Origin: an uncultured Chloroflexia bacterium
GTDB lineage: Bacteria > Chloroflexota > Anaerolineae > Anaerolineales > UBA4823
DNA: 64,000 nucleotides
Assembly (NCBI GenBank): GCA_963788305.1
Contig: CAWBGK010000015.1
Location: 43,037-107,036 of the forward strand
Direction: 5' to 3'
The position numbers were made by a program, and so were the translations under genes. A model generated the notes under the pieces. The model did no database searches, had not been told where the DNA came from, and saw nothing but the letters and a program-made list of their open reading frames with translations. This document shows positions 1 through 8,977 of this stretch, piece by piece. Position 1 is the stretch's first letter. Each line of letters opens with the position of its first letter.

Positions 1-511
1 TGGCAACCATTAAAAAGAAACAGACGATAAATATAATTAATCCAAGGTTCCTGTAATTTTCTAAAGGTTTCTTATCGTATACTTTTTTTTCAGCCGTTTT
101 ATTTTGACTTGTCTGATTATGATGGTCAGTGCTCGTCTGTTGCTTGGGCTGTTCTTGTTTGGAGGTCGCTTCCTGTTTAGGCGGTTCCTTTCTTGCTTCC
201 GGCTCAGGTTCTTTTGGGCTTTGATAACCATAATTCCTTGTTGTGCTCGTATGCCCTGCACTTTTCTGGCTGGCACTCGCCTGATATATTTCATCCATTC
301 GAGCCGCATCATAAGACCTGCGTTTATCCAGGTTACCCAAGGTAGTGTAAGCCTCGTTGATATCTTTAAGTCTTTCCTCGGCTTTAGATTTTTGCTCTGG
401 GCTGGAAAATTTATCAGGATGCCAGGCGTTTACCAATAATCGGTACTGGCTCTTTATTTCATCCGGCGTGGATGTCATCGGAAGTTCAAGGATTTTGTAA
501 TAGTCCTTCAT
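1..511 (-). CDS. J-domain (DnaJ-like) protein, C-terminus cut by the window edge
   Basis: My translation from ATG at 511-509 gives MKDYYKILELPMTSTPDEIKSQYRLLVNAWHPDKFSSPEQKSKAEERLKDINEAYTTLGNLDKRRSYD. This is a canonical J domain with the HPD tripeptide. A Q/K/E/P-rich linker and a hydrophobic tail (GLIIFIVCFFLMVA) follow. The frame stays open to position 1, so it is absent from the ORF track; track ORF 61..312 is an overlapping wrong frame. Confidence 0.8.
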   Translation of the reverse strand, partial: MKDYYKILELPMTSTPDEIKSQYRLLVNAWHPDKFSSPEQKSKAEERLKDINEAYTTLGNLDKRRSYDAARMDEIYQASASQKSAGHTSTTRNYGYQSPKEPEPEARKEPPKQEATSKQEQPKQQTSTDHHNQTSQNKTAEKKVYDKKPLENYRNLGLIIFIVCFFLMVA

Positions 512-1317
512 TTAGTATCCACCAACATTATCATGACGTATCGTGAATAGTTATTGTAGTGCTTTTCTCCACCCATTTGTCTTAGTTTCCTGTTTAGTAT
601 AGAGCCGACACTCGCAGGACTACTCACAGGGTTCCATTCTTGTGATCGTAAGGGGAAACAATTCAGTCGGACTTATAATTGGACCGCTCCAAGGATCATT
701 CTTTTGATTAAAGCGATTATCTTGAAAAGCCCAAAATCTTAAACAGGGCGATACCTGTAAATTATGGATCAAAGACTGAGATAAACCATAACCCATTTTC
801 ATCGAAGCTATTTGACCTTCCAATATTGATGGAAAATATCCAAGAAGTAATCGGAATAAATATTTTTAGAGGAGTGTTTCAGAATTATTCTTGCCTCCTG
901 GGTGTAATAACATACCGTCTCGCCCTTGGATACAAACTCGCTTTTCCGTTCCATTCAACACAATCTGGTGTTGCAGTAGGTTTTATTGTTGATTTCGCCA
1001 TTGATGTCTGTGTCACCAGCCAAAAGTTTTCACTTGGGATTGGCAATGGTTTTCGGGTTGGCGTGGGCTGCAATCCCGGCACGATTCAAGTCTATTTACT
1101 TTATCTACAAACATTCTTAGAGATCTCCCTAAAGTGTAAGGAGATGTCTGACTAACAACAACACTAGCAACAACTATGAACGTCAAAATGATATAAGCGA
1201 GCATTGACAATGCCCATTGTTTTGCTATTTCTTTCTTCTTTGTCTCCTTGGAAAAATGGCAAGTCCGATAATCGCAGGTAGAAACAGTTTACAAAAAACT
1301 TGTGGATTCCCCAAAAT

Positions 1318-1555
1318 TCAGTTAGGATTTCCGGAAAAGTATAGGCTCGCTACGTTTCCGATAATTATGATCACCCCCGACAGCCAAGCAGCGGTAAAAA
1401 AAATATTGTGCCTGTAACCCACGGTTTTATTCCGCTGTTCTTCAGGAATGGGTGCGGGTTGTGGTTCTGGCTTGGGAAGCAAATCTCTCCCGCACCACCG
1501 GCAAACAATCGCCTCGTCTTGTATTTCCTCCAGCACAGTACGGACACTTTTTCAT
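1318..1555 (-). CDS. Small zinc-ribbon protein with C-terminal TM segment (one apparent frameshift near 1533)
   Basis: Track ORF 1318..1536 reads ..EEIQDEAIVCRWCGRDLLPKPEP.. followed by a hydrophobic tail. An upstream ATG at 1555 gives MKKCPYCA in the adjacent frame. Joined, they form a CPYC...CRWC zinc ribbon. Confidence 0.5.
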
Positions 1556-1567
1556 TTTCAATCCCCT

Positions 1568-2099
1568 TTACTGATATGATTTTCTCCACCCATTAGCCCT
1601 GGCGTCCTCTTCTGTGCAGAACCAGCGTTCCCCGTAGTTAGGGTTGATGGTGGTTACACCGTAGAACTCTTGGCCCGGGACGTGGTAAATCTATCCTTGA
1701 TTCAAAAGACACATTGCCTTTGATGTCGCAACCGTGCTGATGGTACTCGCAACCCTGGGGGCATAATGAGGCCCCAACCGGGCTATTATCATAATAATCT
1801 GGCTCCTGAGGATGGTTCGGTTCAGGGTCAGTTGATAAATATTCTTCTAATAAATAATCTTCCTTATATTGGTTAAGTACAGGGTCAGTCGGGCAATCAT
1901 GCCAGTCGCAGTAGTCGAGATCATCCATGGGATCGGGACCATACATTTCGGCGATTTGGTCTTGGTCAATATCGTCTCCAGCTTCAATTCCAAGCGGGTC
2001 TGGAATACTAATTGAACGAGACGGTCGGGTTGATGTTGATGTTGGCCCACAACCTGAGATTATGAAAATCATAGCCATTATCAGAATCATTTTCTTCAT
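1568..2099 (-). CDS. Lipoprotein with a C-terminal YHVPG...WFC-type small domain (one apparent frameshift near 1688)
   Basis: Track ORF 1638..2099 starts MKKMILIMAMIFIISGC, a signal peptide plus lipobox. After a 1-nt correction in a T-run the frame reads ..CDIKGNVSFESRID/YHVPGQEFYGVTTINPNYGERWFCTEEDARANGWRKSYQ and ends at TAA 1568-1570. Confidence 0.6.
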
Positions 2100-2319
2100 G
2101 TTTCCTCCTTGCCATGAGAACCGTTTGATAATTGTTTATACCATTGAATAGCCCTTGTAGAACAGCCTGTTTAAATTGCGTGGGGTGATTTTCGTGGATA
2201 AATCGCTCAACTCAAAAAGCGGGCAGCCGGGGAGATACGCACCTGGTCGATTTAATTGACGTTGTAGATAACTGTAATTATCTGTTTGGGCCCAGTTCAC
2301 TTCCTATCTTATTACTCAA

Positions 2320-2526
2320 CTATTCGCTCAGGCGTTCATCCTGTTCCAGTGCAGCCTCGCCGTCAAATCGCACAATCAACACAGGGACCCCGCTCTGCTC
2401 CAACTCCAGGGCTTCCTTGGGGTCTGGGCTGTCCATGCCAATACCGGCAAAAAATACCTTTGGGGCTCGACACTTTCCGCTGCCTTTCTTCTCCAAGGCA
2501 GAAACACAACTCTTAAGATTTGACAT
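2320..2526 (-). CDS. Hypothetical protein (68 aa)
   Basis: Track ORF only. It sits in the co-directional island array and ends in TAG, with an in-frame TAA 13 codons further on. No recognisable motif. Confidence 0.3.
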   Translation of the reverse strand: MSNLKSCVSALEKKGSGKCRAPKVFFAGIGMDSPDPKEALELEQSGVPVLIVRFDGEAALEQDERLSE

Positions 2527-2894
2527 CGGCTTGCTCCTCTAGCTTTGCTACTCGTTCCGTCAGGTCCCGCAACTCCTGCAACTTGGTGAGTTGGTCCTCG
2601 ATTGCGCTCGCCGTCAATCGCTTTACGGCTGCGCCTGGTTGGTCCGGGTGGTCCGACAGGGTCCTCGAACGCCTCGACAGATCGCTGGACCAGCTGCAGC
2701 AGCCCACGCCTAGCTGTGTCCATGATGTCCCTTTCCGCATTGGCAAGGACAGCTTTAAACTCTGGCTCTTTCAACCATCGCCTTAAGGTGCTGACATTGA
2801 CACCAACAGACTCCGCTGCCTGTTCAATCGTTGAGCATTCAAGCAGCGCGACTATCGCCTGGTTTTTCCTTGCCGTGATTTTGTCACCGCTCAT
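2513..2894 (-). CDS. Helix-turn-helix DNA-binding protein (phage regulator / small-terminase-like); one apparent frameshift near 2640
   Basis: The N-terminus in track ORF 2376..2894 (KNQAIVALLECSTIEQAAESVGVNVSTLRRWLKEPEFK) is HTH-like. The C-terminus in track ORF 2513..2746 (..IEDQLTKLQELRDLTERVAKLEEQADVKS) is coiled-coil-like. Confidence 0.5.
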
Positions 2895-2991
2895 TTTCGC
2901 TCATCCCCTCCTCGGGATACCACCAGACCGGCCGTGGCTGATGCGCTGTAGTGGTCGCTGTTAGAATTTCCTTCGAAAGTTCCTCGACAAT

Positions 2992-3198
2992 TCAGACCTC
3001 GGCCAGCAGATTCTGGAGCTCTTGTTTTTCAAGAACATGCTGATTCCACCGTTGTGCTCGCAGACTGGTCTGCCACCGCTTATAAGCGCTTCTATCAGGT
3101 TGACTTTTTGCTGGAAGTACCGGGGTCTTCACCCTGGCGATAACTGATCTTTTCATACTTCTCATCCCTCTAAGGGAGATCACCCTCTTGGAGCCCAT
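2992..3198 (-). CDS. Hypothetical basic protein (68 aa)
   Basis: Track ORF only, co-directional with the island genes. No motif recognised. Confidence 0.3.
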   Translation of the reverse strand: MGSKRVISLRGMRSMKRSVIARVKTPVLPAKSQPDRSAYKRWQTSLRAQRWNQHVLEKQELQNLLAEV

Positions 3199-3263
3199 TC
3201 AGACGATCTCCCCACCGCACAGATAAAACCATCGTGATGAACAGCACAGGCCCAGATGCCGTG

Positions 3264-3598
3264 TCACTCCCCAACATAAATCGAGTAGTTGAAGTTTGGT
3301 GAAGTCCCAGCAAGCGTCGAGTAATATCTCCGATAACGCCCGTCCAACTTCCCTGACCGCCGATAAACGCCTTCGGTGGTCGTCAGTCCTCGAATAGCAA
3401 CACATCCCGCCAGTCGGAATTGTTATCACTTTCCTGAATTTTGACGTTTAAAGTTCCCTCCGCCCCGGTGATTCCTGTGCAGTGCAGGACATACGTTAAA
3501 GTCTGCACATCAGGACCACCAAAGTCAATCCCCGTTGCGTTAGTAACGCTTGATGTCTCAGCCCCAGAAGCTTTCAAACATAAATTTGCATCTCTCAT
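3264..3598 (-). CDS. Hypothetical protein (about 110 aa after one frame correction near 3385)
   Basis: Track ORF 3383..3598 reads MRDANLCLKASGAETSSVTNATGIDFGGPDVQTLTYVLHCTGITGAEGTLNVKIQESDNNSDWRDVLLF. It continues in another frame as GLTTTEGVYRRSGKLDGRYRRYYSTLAGTSPNFNYSIYVGE and ends at TGA 3264. An AAGGAG Shine-Dalgarno lies upstream. Function unknown. Confidence 0.4.
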
Positions 3599-3661
3599 CT
3601 CATCACTCCTTGTGATATCACTTCAACTGTTCCAAGTGCGGAAAGAATTCGTTATTGTTGA

Positions 3662-4183
3662 CTACCCAATCCAGCGTAATCTTGTCAAGATCAATTCCCC
3701 CCCTCGGACATGAGCTCTCTGCAAGCGATATCTACTAATCCAGTCCTCAAGATCGCATTCTGCTGACCCACCGACTGACATCTGGACCCCTGCGAAACCG
3801 CGCTTGGGATGTTCTGGTCGATCAAAACCATAAATATCTGCAAGCTTTACCGCAGCCTCCCAGTCTGTCATGCGAGCTCTCTCGAGCTCAGTCAACTCTT
3901 CAGCATTATCAAAGAGCGCCTTCAATGCCTCATAAGTTGCCTGTTCTAGCTTATGGGCCTGGTCGTGATATACGCCAATGGCTGCCACAAGTTGTTTGTA
4001 GCGCTTCTGGTCTTCGGCTCTGGTTTGCTCTTCCGCTTCCAGAACAGCAGCCCTTGCTTTAGCAGCCTAAATCCGCTCGTGCATTTCCAGATCAGCAATC
4101 TGGGATGCCAGGCGCTTGTATTCTTTCTCGTCTACTAAATCGTTGAGTTGATTCCGCAACTCTGATAAACTTAGTCCTTGCAT
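3662..4183 (-). CDS. Coiled-coil hypothetical protein interrupted by one in-frame TAG (4067-4069)
   Basis: ATG at 4183 with GGAG upstream gives MQGLSLSELRNQLNDLVDEKEYKRLASQIADLEMHERI, then TAG, then AAKARAAVLEAEEQTRAEDQKRYKQLVAAIGVYHDQAHKLEQ. This runs straight into track ORF 3662..3988 in the same frame. I checked the frame codon by codon. Confidence 0.5.
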
Positions 4184-4190
4184 ACTCGTT

Positions 4191-4718
4191 TCACTCCTTG
4201 TCATCAAAGTAAGATTTGATCTTTTCAAGTGGGGTAGTCGGTTCTTTCTCTGGCAGCCCCTTCTCATGGTCTGATAGCTTGGTCCCACTGTAAAAGGCCA
4301 ATGCATCCCATCCCCGACTGGGGTCATCTTGCCTGAAGTCATCCGGCAAACTTTCCAGTCGTTTTCTGAACTCGTCCTCATACCGCACACGGCGCGCTGC
4401 TCTTTCGGCCGGCCAACCGTTACGGCTTGCTTTACGGTCACCGTTAAACTCTTCCTCCAGCAGATATTTGTGAAACAACTCTGTCTCCTCTCCTGGTTTG
4501 ATTTTGTATCTCAATGTCGCAGCCTCAACTTGGCGTTTCTTATAATCGACTTTATCCATATTCATAGTTTGCTCCTCCATGTTTATCTCTTCATTCAATA
4601 CCAGCCTCCGGAAAACCTCCTGGAGTGCTGCCAATCCCTGAATAGCGAATGCCTCCCGTTTGTTTGTTGGAAGCCTACTCCATATCTCGTTAAGTGATAT
4701 AGCTTCTAAACCAACCAC
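4191..4718 (-). CDS. Hypothetical protein (175 aa)
   Basis: Track ORF in the co-directional island array. Its GTG start directly follows the TGA of the upstream ORF in the same frame. Confidence 0.5.
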   Translation of the reverse strand: MVGLEAISLNEIWSRLPTNKREAFAIQGLAALQEVFRRLVLNEEINMEEQTMNMDKVDYKKRQVEAATLRYKIKPGEETELFHKYLLEEEFNGDRKASRNGWPAERAARRVRYEDEFRKRLESLPDDFRQDDPSRGWDALAFYSGTKLSDHEKGLPEKEPTTPLEKIKSYFDDKE

Positions 4719-4982
4719 TCACACTCCTAATCTCAAACATCTGTCTTGCATAGTTGCCAGGTCATTTGGCAACTTCTCCAGGGGATTATTGATACCCATG
4801 GTGTCAGCGAAAATATCAAAAGCCTCTGGTGTCGAAAGCCACACTAAGGCCTCCAATTGGTCAATAAGTGTGCATTTGTAGCCAGCAGCGTCACGAATTG
4901 CCTGGATTGCAACAGCGATTTGCAACCGTTCATATGGCTTTCGGGGCCTTCCATCATGCGGGGATACTGTATCAAAGATCAA
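4719..4982 (-). CDS. Hypothetical protein (87 aa)
   Basis: Track ORF. It overlaps the PrimPol stop by 4 nt, which suggests translational coupling. Confidence 0.45.
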   Translation of the reverse strand: MIFDTVSPHDGRPRKPYERLQIAVAIQAIRDAAGYKCTLIDQLEALVWLSTPEAFDIFADTMGINNPLEKLPNDLATMQDRCLRLGV

Positions 4983-5885
4983 AGTTGCCGCCTCAATTCG
5001 TGCATTGCCTCTGTGTCAGATATTTTTCGTTTCAGTCCATAGAACCTTATTACATCCATCCACTTTGAATGGTTACACCCACCCCAACATATAGCCGAGC
5101 CGGTCGCTGGGTCAATCTCAAGGCTAGGATTATGGTCATCGTGAAGTGGGCATCGAGCCCAATTCATGCGTCCACGCTGTGTTGTTGGCCCTACCATATC
5201 CAAAATCTTAAATCTTGCTTTGATGTCTCTCGACAGAGTCCTTCCAGGATTGTTTATTTCACCCCAGAGGTCACTCACTTTGGGCAAGTCTTTGCCGATT
5301 ATAGGGGTAGTTTTTTTTCGAGCAGGCTGTGATTCAAGCAAGTGGGCAGGAATGATGTCTGTCAATTTTTCAACTCGCTTGATCGGTCTATCATCGGCCT
5401 GGTATACATGCCCGCTGGGGTGTATGCTGGGAGGAGCGACGACATATAACCCTGACTTTATCTCTAGCCATCCGGTATTTTGATTGGATACTTCTTCAGC
5501 CACCCAGATGTAAACGTGCTTTCCCCGGCTAGTTGTCACAGTGTAAGAATCAAGATCAAGTTTTAGAAAATCCCGGGAAGCGTTGTACCAGTCGAGATTA
5601 TCAAAATCCAGGACTACAAGACCGCGCCCGGTGACCACACCCAGATTTGATGGTCTGTCGGCATTTCCAAACCACTCAAGCATCTCTTCAGGTGACGGTA
5701 TGTTTCGTTTGTATTTCCCCCATCGCCCTCCAGGAATTCTTCCGACAATCAGGCAACTTGTCTTTCCAAACCAGTGGGATTGTCGAGACACCTTGCACCC
5801 ACCATCCAGTGGCAATATCAAGTATGCCCTCCCCCCTATAATCGGCAACTGGTTGTCCTAAAGAAGGCTGCCGATTATTGGACAC
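4979..5885 (-). CDS. Bifunctional primase-polymerase (PrimPol) with C-terminal CHC2 zinc finger; one apparent frameshift near 5755
   Basis: Track ORF 4979..5848 contains NLGVVTGRGLVVLDFDN, SIHPSGHVY and CPLHDDHNPSLEIDPATGSAICWGGC (DnaG-type CHC2 finger). The N-terminus is supplied by track ORF 5688..5885 (..ADYRGEGILDIATGWWVQGVSTIPL..). Confidence 0.8.
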
Positions 5886-6114
5886 GAATCCCCCTCACCG
5901 ATAAACTAAGTAACTCGAATAAGGTCGATAACAGATAATGTGGACAGGGGTGGACATAGTGACATCCCATTGGTATTAATTCTCTCTGCGCCTTTAAGCC
6001 GATATCTAAAGAATAAAAGTCTATATACCCCTGTCTTGTCCTGTCCCATGTCCTCTGTGAATGTTTATTCATAGAGTCTGCTTCCGTTTGATGAGCCCGT
6101 AATAACCAGAGACT

Positions 6115-7209
6115 TTACGGCCTCCGATTGTTTTTCTTGCCTTTCGATATCCATTCTTTCGCAGATATTCTGCGGAATCTTTGAAGAATCAAGTTCTCTG
6201 GGGATTTTAGAAATACCCTGAGCACATCGCATATTTCATAACTAGCAATAAAGTTTGTTCCACTGGGGTCTCTTTCAAAAAAACGCTCAATGTAGATGTC
6301 TACCGGCTTTTCAATCTCATGATTTTCGTTATTGGCAACAGCCCACTGGATTTCCTCCTCCTGCAATTCGGCTGGTTCTCCACCCAAGTAGAGGGCGTAC
6401 GCTTCTCCCCAGATCAAATCGGGAGTTAGTTCCATCGTGTAAGTCTGCCAATCAATTGAACGGATATCACATACAACAAAACGTCGACTACCTGTTTTGT
6501 CATTTAAGAATCCATAGCCCGTAGGATTGACAGTACCTATGAAGGATGTCCGAGACGGTTTGCTGATTGTGTAGCGTCCGTATGGTTTTCGCTGTGAGAC
6601 TTGCTCTGCTGTAAGGAAATGTTTTAGAGCCTCATTGTCTGCTCTTCTGGTGGTCGTGCCAAGTTCTGACACTTCCCAAATCAAACGGCTCCAAAGCTCC
6701 ATGTGATGGTCTGGATTATCAGGGTTGATTGGCCCTTCCCGAAAATGGTTAAGTCTAAGCTGAGGTGGTACTAGCCACTTGACAAACTAACTCTTCCCAA
6801 TTCGTTGATCGCCGGCCAGGACCAAAACGAAGTTCTGATGGCCTCCCTGAATTGCCCGTCTTACTGCTCCAATCAACCAACGCCTCAGATATGCATAGAA
6901 GCAGCAGTCCTCAGCAACAAAACAGTCAGCAAGCCTTTTGATGTATTTACCTCCATCATAAGAAACCCTTGTAAAGTAGTCTCCCAGCGGGTTGTATTCA
7001 GACTTAAGTGCCTCCCGAACTATCACCCGCCAGGCTTGTGTGATACTCGTAACTCCCTGGTCCTGTAAATCAGCTTCCAGCTTCAAGCGTAAATTATCAG
7101 TAATTGGTTGGCCATTGATCTCGACGTCATCGTTAAACATATTGACTCGCAACTCAACTCCAAGTTCAGTTAAAGCTGTGAGAACGTCAGTAGTGACTTT
7201 GACAGTCAT
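6115..7209 (-). CDS. VirE-family (virulence-associated E / phage-plasmid primase-associated) P-loop NTPase, interrupted by one in-frame TAG (6787-6789)
   Basis: Track ORF 6787..7209 ends ..FVLVLAGDQRIGKS (Walker A). The same frame continues after the TAG as FVKWLVPPQLRLNHFREGPINPDNPDHH into track ORF 6115..6702 (..FLNDKTGSRRFVVCDI..). Both track ORFs share one reading frame. Confidence 0.8.
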
Positions 7210-7571
7210 TTGGTCATATCCTGTACCCTGACTGGATAAAGAATCAGATCACCGCCACCGGTATACTTCTTTCTTCCTATCTTGCGGCCGATGCACAAAG
7301 ACATGCGGATATCTGGTAATCGCTTGGGATTGCCACCTGGCAGCGTGTAGACGTGAGACCGACCGCAGTAAGGGCAAGAATCCAATTCGAACATAACATC
7401 TGTAGCTGTGACCAACTTCTTTCCAAAGTTCGGTATATACTTTCCCCCAATTGGTATGACCGTCCCGGAGGCGTATGGAAGCCTCACGCCTTGGAAGATA
7501 ACCTCTGGACCCTCATTCCCCCCGGCGAAATTCGTATTCAGTTGTATTTGTGTTACAATGGATTTAGTCAT
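7206..7571 (-). CDS. Hypothetical protein with a CPYC motif
   Basis: This is the downstream part of track ORF 7206..7682, starting at ATG 7571 (MTKSIVTQ..). Its stop overlaps the VirE-like start as ATGA, which suggests translational coupling. Confidence 0.5.
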   Translation of the reverse strand: MTKSIVTQIQLNTNFAGGNEGPEVIFQGVRLPYASGTVIPIGGKYIPNFGKKLVTATDVMFELDSCPYCGRSHVYTLPGGNPKRLPDIRMSLCIGRKIGRKKYTGGGDLILYPVRVQDMTK

Positions 7572-7608
7572 CAAAAGAGTTCCTATCTCTTTGGGTGATG
7601 TCCCTGCC

Positions 7609-7639
7609 ACCGCCTCCGTCATGAGGCGGTTGTTTTTTT
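7609..7639 (+). terminator. Intrinsic-terminator-like hairpin, plus-strand sense
   Basis: The sequence is accgcctc-cgtcat-gaggcggt followed by tgttttttt. It lies in the spacer between the integrase and the next island gene, antisense to the island genes. Confidence 0.45.
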
Positions 7640-7890
7640 GGCTGGGAGAGATTAACAAAAAGGACGTGAACAGAACGAGCAACTTCCTCTCGTATGTTCA
7701 CGCCCTGATCGCCGAATTACCGTGGACGCTGTTCCTAATACCGAGTGGTGATTTCCCATGATAGGGAAAGACTCACGGGGGGCGTCCTAAGATTGTGCGT
7801 GACTTCCAACATTATAGCAAATGCAATTTCGAGAAAACAATCATTGAGACTGATTTACTTCATTTCATTTATTCTCTAATCTTTGACTTC

Positions 7891-8846
7891 TTATCGTTTC
7901 ATCATCCTCTCCACTGGCGACCCCTTTGAGTGGGCTAGCTTCAAATCCTCACCTGTTTGTTTTAAATAACGCCGTAGCACCTGCAAATCCGCATGGCCCA
8001 TCAACTCTTGCAGCGAATAAACATCCACTTCTGCTCTGAGCATTTCCCGACCGCGAATGTCCGACGAAAACTATGGAGGGTAGGATGTTCAATGCCGGCC
8101 AGCTTTGCGCGCCGTTCAACCATCTCACGCAAACCCCAATATGTGAGCCGCTCACCCAACCTACTCAACCACAGCGCGGGTTGACTATCCTTCCTGTTTT
8201 TCAAGTAAGTCCGCATCGCGCGCCTGGTTGATTGTGAAAGAAATGCAGTCCGCGGTTTACGCCCTTTGCCCATACGGACCAGCACTGCACCGCTCTGGAT
8301 ATTCACGTCCTTGATGTCTATTGCGCACAGTTCCGATGCCCGCACCCCGGTATCAAGAAGGGTGAGCATAATTGCCCGGTCGCGCATTCCGTTTAAATCA
8401 TTCCCGCAAGTATTGAGGAGCCTTTCCACATCTTCCAGATCGGCAGGTTCGAGGGGAGTAATCGTGATCTTTGGGGCTTTTACCTTGGCAATCGGTGGTT
8501 CGCCTTCCTGGTCGGTTTCCAACCAATACCAGCGCAGGAACGTCCGCAGGACCCGATAACAGGCGTGGATGCCGCCCGGGTTATGGTGGGTTTCTTCAAG
8601 CCAGAAGAGCCAGTGTCTGATGACATCCGGGGTGACCTGTCCCAACTGAGTGATTACTTGTGTATCGCAGTATGTTAACCACAGACGAATCTTGGCACGG
8701 TAGGTGTGGATTGTCCCACGCGAGAAGTTCTGAGCCTTTCTATCAATCAGGAAGGATTCAACCCAACTTTCTTGATGGTCGTTATTACCAGCTTTCGTGA
8801 TAAGCCATTGGTCATCAGGTTTTTCTTTCATTTCCTCTACTCCCAT
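7891..8846 (-). CDS. Tyrosine recombinase / phage integrase (one apparent frameshift near 8045)
   Basis: Track ORF 8001..8978 contains ..LLDTGVRASEL.. and HSFRRTFA. After a 1-nt correction the frame continues EMLRAEVDVYSLQELMGHADLQVLRRYLKQTGEDL.. and ends at TAA 7891. I placed the start at ATG 8846 (alternative 8831) because 8847-8978 of the track ORF overlaps tRNA-Lys. Confidence 0.85.
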
Positions 8847-8905
8847 ATCTGGCAAAAATATGGGTAAGGGACTGGTATTTTGCCACAGGTGGGCCAAATT
8901 TTTAC

Positions 8906-8977
8906 GGGTGCGTAGCTCAATGGTAGAGCAGTGGCCTTTTAAGCCATTGGTTGAGAGTTCGAGCCTCTCCGCACTCA
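8906..8977 (+). tRNA. tRNA-Lys (anticodon UUU)
   Basis: Hand-folded cloverleaf. The acceptor gggtgcg pairs with cgcactc (one G-U pair). The D arm is gctc..gagc. The anticodon stem gtggc/gccat encloses loop cTTTTaa. The T arm is gagag-ttcgagc-ctctc. No CCA is encoded. Confidence 0.85.

Larger units (their letters stand above)
1..8905. mobile_element. Integrated phage-like/satellite-like element; right end next to tRNA-Lys, left end outside the window
   Basis: Visibly lower GC than the rest of the window. All recognisable genes are on the minus strand. It has a tyrosine integrase at the tRNA-proximal end, a PrimPol-CHC2 plus VirE-like replication module, an HTH protein and many small orphan ORFs. 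No att repeat could be identified by eye. Confidence 0.6.

Noticed and set aside
2992-3429. Two track ORFs contiguous in one frame across a TGA (3199-3201), considered as a third in-frame stop or readthrough
   Set aside because: The upstream frame (3199..3429) is C/W-rich and looks non-coding. A different frame ending at 3264 gives a more protein-like continuation of the 3383..3598 gene.
4716-4721. TGA immediately followed by an in-frame GTG between ORFs 4719..4982 and 4191..4718, considered as possible readthrough
   Set aside because: I cannot distinguish this from two normal adjacent genes. There is no homology to show continuity, so I kept them as two genes.
513-8905. Search for a suppressor tRNA (CUA anticodon) or any other tRNA-like T-arm inside the island intergenic regions
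   Set aside because: I saw no GTTCGAATC/TTCGAGC-type T-loop with a matching cloverleaf apart from tRNA-Lys(UUU) at 8906. The absence is noted and not reported as a feature.
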